DNA of 19,379 bases, from NCBI GenBank assembly GCA_039024555.1, contig JBCCQQ010000090.1, positions 1-19,379 on the forward strand. The letters run 5' to 3'. How positions within the stretch are numbered: position 1 is the first letter of the stretch; each line of letters starts with the position of its first letter. The DNA is from Cyanobacteria bacterium P01_D01_bin.156 (GTDB lineage Bacteria; Cyanobacteriota; Cyanobacteriia; Phormidesmidales; Phormidesmidaceae). Both the position numbers and the translations under genes were made by a program. The notes beneath the pieces were generated by a model. The model worked only from the letters and a program-made list of their open reading frames with translations, did not search any database and was not told where the DNA came from. Of this stretch, positions 1-8,352 are shown piece by piece.

Positions 1-162
1 CGTTTTATCAAAAAGTAGAACAGGGCTACTTTTGAGTAAATTATTGACTGATAAAATTAGGCAGGACAAAACGCCTAAAAGGCCTGCATTCACGGCATAG
101 AAACACAATAAAAAGGCAACATTAACTTATTGCTCGATAGAAACTTAACTATCATCGGAAAA

Positions 163-215
163 TAAAAGTGTGTACTCAATAGCATCTTTAAACTGCTGTG
201 GAGTACACACTTTTA
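163..215. terminator. Long hairpin, likely bidirectional terminator downstream of the TonB-domain gene
   Basis: 15-bp perfect inverted repeat TAAAAGTGTGTACTC (163-177) / GAGTACACACTTTTA (201-215), extendable inward, with A/T runs on both sides. Confidence 0.65.
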
Positions 216-251
216 AGTAATTTGATTTCGTTCATGTAGAGTTGCCTGACT

Positions 252-2183
252 CTAGAAATATAGCAAAGTAAATCGGTGTTCTATAAAAATGTAGTCTCCT
301 GTATAGCAGTCTGGAAAGGGAGGAAAGCGACCTGAAAAAGCGTTAATGCTAGCAATTGTAGAGGCATCCAGTGGAGCATAGCCACTCGATTTAATCATAG
401 AGATTTCGTTAGCTGTACCATCTCTGGCAACATAATATTCGAGAAGAGTAACCCACTCACCTCGTCGCGGTGGTCTAGGTGGTTGCCAATCATTTTCTGT
501 AAAACTTCGGCTACTAGATGCGTAATCATCAACATTGCTACTGCAGACAAGATTTAGTGCAATATCACGTTGATCGAGAAGTCCTTCAGTACTAGATAAT
601 GTTTCAGATTGGGCTGTGTCATCTGTCAATACATCAGAATCATCGATTCCAGTTATTAAAGAAGGAGAATCCTCTAACGGAGGTTGTTCATCTGTCTCTC
701 CAACCGATGTAATGAGCCCAGTAGGTGGGTTAACTTTGAGAGTTAATCCTGACCTTATTTTTTCATCACCAATTTGAGCAACTATATCTAGAGCATGGGT
801 TGTAATGGGTGTGTTCTCTGAGAGTTCGAACCTCAGTAAAAACATCCCTGGAATTTCACCAGGGATAACTTCTAGACCTAATCCTAAAGGTAAATTCGGA
901 ATTGACAGCGCAGGTATGTTATCTCCAGATGGTGTACCAGAGACATACGCGATAACTTCAGCAGTTTTCTCTTGATTGGTACTCAGAAACGTTGTTGACA
1001 GCGAGATTCCTAGTGGAATTTCTAATGGACTGTCTCTTAAAATCTTGACAGTGTTAGCTTCAATAGCACTTGCATAAGCTACTTCAAAAGTTTCAAGTGC
1101 TTGCGGTAAATTACCCTCATGAACTAATTCTTTCCCGGTTAGAAAATTAGATAATGCTAATTCACTCCCCCTGTAGGGAGCGGCAGTTGTAAGCTCATGA
1201 GCAACAGAAATTTCGGAGATACCTAAAATAATCTGATAAAAAGATTTTTGGATTGCGTCAATTCTCTCCTGTGTCAATCCTGCAGGATTTTCAGATTCTG
1301 GCTGAATACCAGGAACTAAGGCGAAGGCCTCATTAAGAGGGTTAAATAGTGCACCTACACGTGTCCCTGATTGATCTTGTTCTCCAGATGAGCCTTGAGG
1401 GCAGGCAGCTTGAGAAGCTTCTGCATTTAGATATCCTCGGTTATGCTCATATGCTAGTAAAGGACCCGTTGGATTTTTTTCTGAATCCAGAAAATGCTTT
1501 GTTTTATAAAAATAGAAATCTGGATGTCCAAGCCAACCATCAGATTCACCTGCTACAAAATTCAAATATCCTAAATCATCGTGACCGTCGAGCGAGACTG
1601 CAGATCCAACTAGAGCGTCAAATGGAGGAGGAATAACAGCTCCAGCGATTGATGAAATTACCCCTTCGGTGGCCTCTGTATCTAACTCAATTAAATGCCC
1701 TGTAATTACAATGGGAGACTCAGGGCTACATTCATCATGCGTATAGATTTCCAAACCCTGATTAAAAGCTGAGTCAATGTTGCCTTGATTACTACTGACC
1801 TCAGATCCAGGAAAAAGCCATCCAGTTTGTAGGGGATTGTGATTATAGACTCCTCGTTCAGGTATCCTGGAAGTATGAATCATTGCTCCGCTGGCTTGGC
1901 GATCAACAATTTGACGCATTCCTGTTTCATGTCCAACATGGTTCCACTGCAAAAATAGTAATAATTCTGCTGTGCCCCCCGTTTCAACTGGAAAAGAGGG
2001 AACCATAGGCTGAATCAGCCCTCTGACAGGAGGGAAATCAACAAATTTGATTGTCAATTGATGTCGTTGTAAGGGGGCTGAACCTTCACCTGGATGAGCT
2101 TCAACATTAATGACAAAAAGGCCTAAAAAGGCTATCGGCAATAGCAGTTTGAATTTTGTAAGGAGGAGTGTAGCTCTATTCAT
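252..2183 (-). CDS. Secreted multidomain protein with C-terminal TonB_C domain
   Basis: 643-aa ORF with an N-terminal signal-like segment (…IAFLGLFVINVEA|H) and an acidic linker. The C-terminus WQPPRPPRRGEWVTLLEYYVARDG…IKSSGYAPLD…RFPPFP…FTL is a typical TonB C-terminal pattern. Confidence 0.8.
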   Translation of the reverse strand: MNRATLLLTKFKLLLPIAFLGLFVINVEAHPGEGSAPLQRHQLTIKFVDFPPVRGLIQPMVPSFPVETGGTAELLLFLQWNHVGHETGMRQIVDRQASGAMIHTSRIPERGVYNHNPLQTGWLFPGSEVSSNQGNIDSAFNQGLEIYTHDECSPESPIVITGHLIELDTEATEGVISSIAGAVIPPPFDALVGSAVSLDGHDDLGYLNFVAGESDGWLGHPDFYFYKTKHFLDSEKNPTGPLLAYEHNRGYLNAEASQAACPQGSSGEQDQSGTRVGALFNPLNEAFALVPGIQPESENPAGLTQERIDAIQKSFYQIILGISEISVAHELTTAAPYRGSELALSNFLTGKELVHEGNLPQALETFEVAYASAIEANTVKILRDSPLEIPLGISLSTTFLSTNQEKTAEVIAYVSGTPSGDNIPALSIPNLPLGLGLEVIPGEIPGMFLLRFELSENTPITTHALDIVAQIGDEKIRSGLTLKVNPPTGLITSVGETDEQPPLEDSPSLITGIDDSDVLTDDTAQSETLSSTEGLLDQRDIALNLVCSSNVDDYASSSRSFTENDWQPPRPPRRGEWVTLLEYYVARDGTANEISMIKSSGYAPLDASTIASINAFSGRFPPFPDCYTGDYIFIEHRFTLLYF

Positions 2184-2502
2184 GCTTCAACCTGTTTCAG
2201 GGGGATATTATCAAAGTTCCTGGGTAAGACAGGTACATCAGATTTTTTTCCCAAATCACCTGCTTCGCAGATAAAAATAGGTGTTCGCAAATAGCAACAT
2301 GAACTTATACGATCCAAGTATGGAGAGACTTATACCTAAAAATTGTCTTTGCCATCACTAGCTTTTATGAGATGTAAATATTCGTGTATCCAGATCTCTT
2401 CCTAGGCAAATTTAAAGATGTGTTTCTTATGCCGTGCAGCTTTTTCAGCCAAGGCTAATTCGCAAGCTGCACAGTTGGTTTTTAGGGATTTTCGAGGTTA
2501 GG

Positions 2503-4764
2503 TTACTTTCGGCGTTTGGGGCGACTAAACTTTGCTTGTAAATCTGACAAACTTGCTGGCTTTGGTGCAGCTTTCTCAACCGCTTGTTTCTTACTTGGCC
2601 TCGGCGCAGAGCGTCCACCACCCTCATCACTAACCGCCTTTATACTCAAACCAATCCGCTTTAGCCCTTTATTCACCTCCATTACTTTCACCTTCACCAC
2701 CTGGCCCACCTGCACAATCTCTTTCGGGTCCTTCACAAACCGATTCGCCAACTGCGAAATATGCACCAGCCCATCCTGATGCACACCAACATCTACAAAT
2801 GCTCCAAAGTTGGCCACATTGGTGATCACCCCTTCCAATACCATGCCTTCGGTCAGGTCCGAAATCTCATTCACCCCTTCCTGGAAGTTGGCATAGGTAA
2901 ACTCTGCCCGTGGGTCTCGCCCCGGCTTCTCTAGCTCCTCCACAATATCGCGCAGGGTGGGCAGTCCCACCGCATCGGTCACATACCGCTGCAGGTCCAA
3001 CGCTGCCAGGTTCAAGTCTTCTAAACCCGCCTTAACCTCTACGCCCTTGTCTTTCAAAATTGTTGTGGCAATGTCATAACTCTCGGGATGCACGGCTGTA
3101 TTATCCAGCGGATTTTTGCCGTCTCGAATCTTTAAAAATCCGGCGCACTGCTCGTAGGCTTTGGGGCCTAGCTTTGCTACTTTTAGCAGCTGCCGTCGAT
3201 TGTTAAAGGCTCCATTCTCATTACGATAGGCAACAATGTTGTTGGCAATGGCTGAACTAATGCCAGATACATAGGTCAACAACTCACGGGATGCAATGTT
3301 TAAGTCCACCCCCACGTAGTTCACACAGCTTTCTACGGTGGCATCCAGCTTTTGTTTTAACTGCTTCTGATCCACGTCATGCTGATACTGGCCCACCCCA
3401 ATGGACTTGGGCTCAATCTTCACCAGTTCTGCCAACGGATCCTGTAGTCTTCTTGCAATACTAATAGCTCCACGCACGGTTACATCCAGGTCTGGGAACT
3501 CGTCAATGGCGACTTCACTCGCAGAATAAATCGAAGCCCCGGACTCGTTGACCATCACTTTGGTGGGTTTAGGATCCAGCTCTTTAATTACAGATGCTAC
3601 AAAGGCATCGGTTTCACGGCTGGCGGTACCGTTGCCAATGGCAATCAGATGAATGTTGTGGCGGTTGATTAAGTCTGAGAGAATCTTGGCGGCACTCTCT
3701 TGTTTGCCGGTATGGGGAAAAATAGCCTTGTATTCAAGGAATTTTCCGGTCTCGTCAATGGCGGCTACTTTACAGCCCGTGCGGAATCCGGGGTCCACCC
3801 CTAGGGTGGGTTTCATCCCTGCCGGTGCGGCCAGCAACAGATTTTTGATATTGACGGCAAAGGTATCAATGGATTCTCCATCGGCCCAGGCTTTTTTCTC
3901 GGCAATCACCTCATTGGTAAGGGAGTTCTTCATCAGCCGAGAGAAGGCATCTTTGATCAGTGCCTGGTAAAACTGTTTGACTGTGGGTTGCTGGGTGCGA
4001 ATCTGGCTGCGCTCTAGGTGGTCAAGAATTCTATCTTCGTCACCGGTCAAACTAACTTTGAGGATGCCTTCTTTTTCACCCCGCAATAGAGCTAGCAGAT
4101 TGTGTGGGGCGAGCTTTGCGATCGCACACTCATATTTCCGATACATCTCATATTTAGTACTGCCCTCGGGATGGTCCGGCTTAATTTTGGAGGTGAATAT
4201 CCCCGTTTTCTCTAGGGTTTGCCGCACATAGGCCCGCAGATCTGACTGCTCTGCCACCCCTTCCGCCAAAATATCCGAGGCTCCCTGTAAGGCAGTGGCA
4301 GCATCCGGCACATCATCGGAAATGTACTTGGCGGCCAGATCGTCTAGGGACTTGACCGATTCTCCAGTTTTATTAAGCTGGGCAATCTGCTGAGCTAGGG
4401 GCTCCAGCCCTTTCTCACGGGCAATGGTGGCACGGGTGCGGCGTTTGGGTCGGTAGGGTAAGTACAGGTCCTCCAGCTCGGTTTTGCTGGTGCATTTTTG
4501 GATGCGATCGCGCAGCTCATCCGTCAGTTTACCCTGGCCGTCAATGGACTCCAGCACCGTCTGCTTACGGTTGGTCAGCTCCGTCAGGTAAGCAAACTGC
4601 TCCTCAATTTGCCGGAGCTGGCGTTCGTCTAGCTCCCCCGTCTTTTCCTTACGGTATCGAGCAATAAACGGCACCGTTGCCCCAGTTTCCAATAGCTCCA
4701 GCGCAGCCTCCACCTGGGCAGAACGCACGGACAAATCCTTGGCAATAACGGGGGCAAACTGCAT
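2503..4764 (-). CDS. tex: Tex-family transcription accessory protein (S1 RNA-binding domain)
   Basis: Hallmark motifs GATVPFIARYRKEKTG, LEDLYLPYRPKRRTRA, GVDPGFRTGCK, VNESGASIYSAS, DPLAELVKIEPKSIGVGQYQHD, and the S1 domain FGAFVDVGVHQDGLVHIS. Confidence 0.97.
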   Translation of the reverse strand: MQFAPVIAKDLSVRSAQVEAALELLETGATVPFIARYRKEKTGELDERQLRQIEEQFAYLTELTNRKQTVLESIDGQGKLTDELRDRIQKCTSKTELEDLYLPYRPKRRTRATIAREKGLEPLAQQIAQLNKTGESVKSLDDLAAKYISDDVPDAATALQGASDILAEGVAEQSDLRAYVRQTLEKTGIFTSKIKPDHPEGSTKYEMYRKYECAIAKLAPHNLLALLRGEKEGILKVSLTGDEDRILDHLERSQIRTQQPTVKQFYQALIKDAFSRLMKNSLTNEVIAEKKAWADGESIDTFAVNIKNLLLAAPAGMKPTLGVDPGFRTGCKVAAIDETGKFLEYKAIFPHTGKQESAAKILSDLINRHNIHLIAIGNGTASRETDAFVASVIKELDPKPTKVMVNESGASIYSASEVAIDEFPDLDVTVRGAISIARRLQDPLAELVKIEPKSIGVGQYQHDVDQKQLKQKLDATVESCVNYVGVDLNIASRELLTYVSGISSAIANNIVAYRNENGAFNNRRQLLKVAKLGPKAYEQCAGFLKIRDGKNPLDNTAVHPESYDIATTILKDKGVEVKAGLEDLNLAALDLQRYVTDAVGLPTLRDIVEELEKPGRDPRAEFTYANFQEGVNEISDLTEGMVLEGVITNVANFGAFVDVGVHQDGLVHISQLANRFVKDPKEIVQVGQVVKVKVMEVNKGLKRIGLSIKAVSDEGGGRSAPRPSKKQAVEKAAPKPASLSDLQAKFSRPKRRK

Positions 4765-5028
4765 AGGTCATCAAAAAAAAGGCAGACATGAGCTATTGCT
4801 GATTTAGAGGATAAAACACTCTGTAAAGCCAGCTAGAGTTACAGGTTTGACAGATGAAATCATCCCCAGGAGCAGCAACACCGACATGATTATAGCGATA
4901 TGCTTTTACATAGCTTCTGTCCGGCTGCAAATCTTCCTTAACGCATGGAACCATACCTGCTAATCTAATCCGCAAATGATGAATGGATTCGTCATTTGCC
5001 ATGTTTGCCCCAAACGAGGTTATCAACC

Positions 5029-5463
5029 ATGCAACGACCTATCGGTGTCACCATCTTGGCCCTAATTGATGGCACAGTGGCCCTACTATTTGGTTTTGTA
5101 GGCGGTACAGCCCTGTTTGCGGGTTCCCAGTTCATTGAACAACTGCGGCTGGATCCAGAATTAGCTGACCTGATAGATCAGCTGCCACCGGACTTTCCAA
5201 GCACTTTTTTTAAGGTGCTAGCCGCTATTTTTCTGGTAATAGCCCTGGCCAATGCAGCCATGGCGTTTGGTCTTTGGACCCTGCGGGCCTGGGCTTGGTA
5301 TGTGAACTTGGGTTTACAGGGATTGGGGATCTTTGGCAATCTTGGCGGTTTAATACTGATTAACCCGGTAAGTATTTTGTCAATTGCCTTTAGTGGTTTT
5401 TATATCTACTACTTTTTACGACAACCGGTTCAAGCCGCCTTTGGTGTGCGAAATGCGTTTTAG
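5029..5463 (+). CDS. Small integral membrane protein (about 4 TM; QRPIGVTILA N-terminal motif)
   Basis: ATG at 5029 is preferred over the TTG at 4996. It has four hydrophobic segments and a GLWTLRAWAW motif, and its stop overlaps the stop of the convergent gene. Confidence 0.8.
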   Translation: MQRPIGVTILALIDGTVALLFGFVGGTALFAGSQFIEQLRLDPELADLIDQLPPDFPSTFFKVLAAIFLVIALANAAMAFGLWTLRAWAWYVNLGLQGLGIFGNLGGLILINPVSILSIAFSGFYIYYFLRQPVQAAFGVRNAF

Positions 5464-5993
5464 AGCACAGGCTGCCCCAGATGGTCCTCTAAATAGAAAA
5501 TAAAGGTGTGGAAATCTCTGTCTGTTGAAAAAAAGCGGCGGGGAAATAGTTTATACAATTCACTGGACGTGTACAGTAGAACACAGTCTCTGCCCAACTT
5601 ATATTGATAACAATCAGCAAGCGCGACGGTCCGATGCCCCAGTTCAGAGGTTGTTGTTATGGTGTCGGGGCCAATGACAGTTTCGTAGGTGTGCCGCAGT
5701 GATTCACGTCTGGCATATCTGTGGCGGATGCTGCTGATGGGAAAAACAAGGTATATCAGAATATAGAGGACACTAAAGCAGATTAGGGGCATGATGGCTC
5801 TGATCTGCTTGATGAGAGGTGCACCAACCAGAATTAATGGAAACACCCTTATAAAAGACAATCCCGCAACGACCATTAACCATTGCCTCTGCCATGGTCG
5901 CAGCCGCATGTGTAGGCGTAATGCCTTGAGATAATCCTCTACCGTGTATTGGTAACGCAGCGTAATCAATGCAGTCACGTTGAAGAGGGGCAA
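5460..5993 (-). CDS. YcxB-like membrane protein
   Basis: N-terminal YQYTVEDY, two TM helices, and a C-terminal beta-rich domain ending LLYTSSELYKLFPRRFF, as in YcxB-family proteins. The start is uncertain (TTG). Confidence 0.75.
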   Translation of the reverse strand: MPLFNVTALITLRYQYTVEDYLKALRLHMRLRPWQRQWLMVVAGLSFIRVFPLILVGAPLIKQIRAIMPLICFSVLYILIYLVFPISSIRHRYARRESLRHTYETVIGPDTITTTSELGHRTVALADCYQYKLGRDCVLLYTSSELYKLFPRRFFSTDRDFHTFIFYLEDHLGQPVL

Positions 5994-6023
5994 GCTATTG
6001 TCTCTAACATTAGGGATAAACGC

Positions 6024-6291
6024 TTATGAGTAATTTGCCCATTGGAGATAACGGAATAGATCATCAGTCGAGATTGCTACTTTCGCAGCCGCTCAAGTTT
6101 CCTGTCCAAGCATCGCATTGAGCCCAATTTGTAGTCTTTGGTCGTAAATAGCTGTCGTAGAGATCGCAACTCCAGTTACCAGTGGGCCTGCTAGGTTTAC
6201 GGTCTTTGTATCCGTGGTGGGTGGTGCTTCAGGAAACTATTCGATTAGCTAGTGGTCAGCGGGAGGAAATGCAGGCAATGGCTTAGTTGGG
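6024..6291 (-). pseudogene. Possible decayed ORF remnant
   Basis: One minus frame reads PTKPLPAFPPADH*LIE*FPEAPPTTDTKTVNLAGPLVTGVAISTTAIYDQRLQIGLNAMLGQET*AAAKVAISTDDLFRYLQWANYS*. It looks protein-like with isolated stops and no start; the family is not recognised. Confidence 0.25.
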
Positions 6292-6316
6292 TTGGAGTTA
6301 TAGCCCAGTTTGAGAT

Positions 6317-6356
6317 CAAAAAAAGTCTTCACCCTATAGGGTGAAGACTTTTTTTG
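6317..6356. terminator. Bidirectional intrinsic terminator (40-bp perfect palindrome)
   Basis: CAAAAAAAGTCTTCACCCTATAGGGTGAAGACTTTTTTTG, downstream of cp12. Confidence 0.85.
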
Positions 6357-6430
6357 GGCGTATTAAAAAGAATCTCTCAGAGAAAGTCACTCAACGATAG
6401 AAAGAGTCTTTTTGAGTACAAGAAGCAATC

Positions 6431-6709
6431 CTAGATGTCATATACGCGAGCTTCTGACGCGCCAGGGTTCTCGGCACAGTATCGAACAAAGGCTATTGTT
6501 GGATTAGCCTTTTTATGACCTGCTTTGGCCACCTGTAGTTCTTCAACGGTTTCCCAGGCAAGGGCTACCTCAGTGTTTTCGGGACCATACATTTCAGTGA
6601 GTCGACGGGCATGTTCAAGGGCAGCTTGGAACTGCGTATCAAGGGCTGACTCCGATGATGGCGTCTGTAACGGTGTAGATGTTGTGGGCGCAATAGTGGT
6701 GTAAGTCAT
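6431..6709 (-). CDS. cp12: Calvin cycle regulator CP12, atypical single-Cys variant
   Basis: AWETVEEL core and C-terminal FVRYCAENPGASEARVYDI. ATG at 6709 gives 92 aa. Confidence 0.88.
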   Translation of the reverse strand: MTYTTIAPTTSTPLQTPSSESALDTQFQAALEHARRLTEMYGPENTEVALAWETVEELQVAKAGHKKANPTIAFVRYCAENPGASEARVYDI

Positions 6710-6853
6710 GGGAAGGACTACTGTTAGGGTAAATGATTTGTAGCTCGCACATTGTGCCTGCAATTCTAGCGATTATGAATGTTTATAAAGTATAAGTTTC
6801 ATCTACGATCGGTTGATTTTCTTTACCTATCTACTTGAAATTAATCTCGATAT

Positions 6854-6884
6854 AAAAAAGCCTCCACCCTATCGGCAGAGGCTT
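6854..6884 (-). terminator. Intrinsic terminator of the repeat-protein transcript
   Basis: Minus strand AAGCCTCTGCC-GATAG-GGTGGAGGCTT followed by a T-run. Confidence 0.8.
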
Positions 6885-6962
6885 GGAGGGTGTGAGGAGA
6901 GTCTGAGAGGGAAAGGGTGCCCTAAAGTAATGAAGCCTTTCACAGATTACGGAGTCTGTATC

Positions 6963-7060
6963 GGGCACCCAAAATTTTCAGCTGGAGCACCGCAACAGTG
7001 CGGCCCCGGGCACCCAGAATTTTCAGCTGGAGCACCGAACCAGTGCGGCCCCGGGCACCC
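6963..7060. repeat. 45-bp GC-rich tandem repeat (2 copies plus 8 bp)
   Basis: GGGCACCCA(A/G)AATTTTCAGCTGGAGCACCG(CAA/AAC)CAGTGCGGCCCC at 6963-7007 and 7008-7052, then GGGCACCC at 7053-7060. Confidence 0.92.
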
Positions 7061-7085
7061 GAGCGCCGCAACAGCTCACTATTTG

Positions 7086-7649
7086 TTAGCGGACTACTGA
7101 CTTCGTACGAGCATCGAGGCCACTCAAGCGCTCAGCCTGAATGTTTTCAACGGCTTTGGCTTGGTTGTTTAGGTGCTCAACTCGTAGCTTGTGAACAGTG
7201 TTTTTATCACGAGTATCGAGACCGTTTAGACGCTCAGCCTGGATATTTTCAACAGCTTTGGTGCGAATATCCAATGCATCTAGTCGAGCGGCTTGGATAT
7301 CTTCGATAGCTTTAGCCTGGTTGTTTAGGTGCTCAACTCGTAGCTTGTGAACAGTGTTTTTATCACGAGCATCGAGACCGTTTAGACGCTCAGCCTGAAT
7401 GCTGTCTATAGCTTTGGTGCGAATATCCAGAGCATCTAGCCGAGTCGCTTGGATATCTTCAATGGCTTTGGATTGGTTGTTTAAATGCTCAACGCGTAGC
7501 TTATGGACGGAATTCTTATTGCGGTTATCCAGCTCTTCGAGGCGAGTGGACTGAATATTGAAACTAGCGGGCTCGATAGCGGAAGCAACGGGTGCGATCG
7601 CAGTAGAGGCCACGAGAACAGTTAAGGCAGAAAGGATAGTGCGTTTCAT
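7086..7649 (-). CDS. Secreted protein built from 16-18-aa tandem repeats
   Basis: AAGGAG RBS before ATG 7649 and a Sec signal MKRTILSALTVLVASTAIAPVASA. Repeats KNTVHKLRVEHLNNQA / KAIEDIQATRLDALDIRT / KAIDSIQAERLNGLDARD form a 52-aa super-unit. Confidence 0.88.
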   Translation of the reverse strand: MKRTILSALTVLVASTAIAPVASAIEPASFNIQSTRLEELDNRNKNSVHKLRVEHLNNQSKAIEDIQATRLDALDIRTKAIDSIQAERLNGLDARDKNTVHKLRVEHLNNQAKAIEDIQAARLDALDIRTKAVENIQAERLNGLDTRDKNTVHKLRVEHLNNQAKAVENIQAERLSGLDARTKSVVR

Positions 7650-7900
7650 AATTAAAGCTCCTTGGGGCATCAGCGAAGTATGTGTTTGCTTCATTGATTA
7701 CAAGAATGCCGGGGCTAGCTGAACGCTATCTGACCGGTAACTGAACATTGATTAAGACGTTTCTGAATTTGACTGAGGAATGGTGGTGACACCCATCACA
7801 AAGATAAAAATACAACTTGGAAGGTTACAAATAGAGAGATATTAAAGCCGTTCTTTTTAAGATTGTGATGAACATGTTGGCTGGGTGTAAAACCGGTTGA

Positions 7901-7958
7901 TTGGGGCTCCTCCGAGTTCCCCAAACCCCTATGGGCAGGGCGGAAACCGCCGCCCTAC
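7901..7958. repeat. Two adjacent GC-rich hairpins, one resembling a GTAG-type REP
   Basis: Minus strand GTAGGGCGG-CGGTTT-CCGCCCTGC (7958-7935), and TTGGGG…CCCCAA (7901-7924). Confidence 0.45.
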
Positions 7959-8060
7959 GACCCGTCATGGGATTTGTCAACAGAAGGTCGCAGCCGTCCG
8001 CGAAAGGATTGTGTGGCCTTCCCGTAGCTTGAATGATTGAGACTGATGTGAACAATGAAA

Positions 8061-8281
8061 TAACGTCTTTGCAATACTGAGTATTGGGGTCGTTCAATGT
8101 GCTCTAACGATGTATCAACAACCAGTCATTCGTAGTCACCATCGTAACAGTGCCACAGTTTCCCTATTCGCTATCATCGAGGTTACGCCCCACTCACAGA
8201 TCGTAGTCGTTAATCAAATAACCGCTTTACAGGGTCGTAGTCGGGGTCATAACGCGATAGATAGATTACTCGTCGTTAGAG
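8061..8281. ncRNA. Candidate bridge/seek-type guide RNA with periodic motif array
   Basis: Non-coding region directly 3' of the IS110 gene. It has GACTACGA x3 plus variants at ~35-nt spacing, alternating with GTTA, and a 9-bp closing stem at 8102-8110/8273-8281. The transcribed strand is not determined. Confidence 0.55.
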
Positions 8282-8352
8282 AGAAGAGAATTGACCACGG
8301 ATAGATGCGGACCTCCTTCCTGTTAATCAATTGTGATGTTACGCTCAGCTGC

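Noticed and set aside
1349..5026. Short ORFs within or opposite the TonB gene and tex, and 4793-5026
   Set aside because: Shadow frames of long genes, or intergenic ORFs without RBS or motifs.
6813..7309. Plus-strand ORFs 6813-7100 (GHPKFSAGAPQQCGP repeats) and 6998-7309
   Set aside because: They have weak starts and no RBS, and are antisense to a well-supported gene and its terminator. The RiPP-like look arises from the 45-bp repeat. Not fully excluded.
8061..8281. CRISPR array interpretation of the periodic motifs
   Set aside because: The conserved motifs are only 4-8 nt, far shorter than CRISPR repeats, and there are no cas genes in view.
7825..8304. ORFs 7825-8097 (-) and 8110-8304 (+)
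   Set aside because: No recognisable protein features; they overlap the IS non-coding end and its hairpins.
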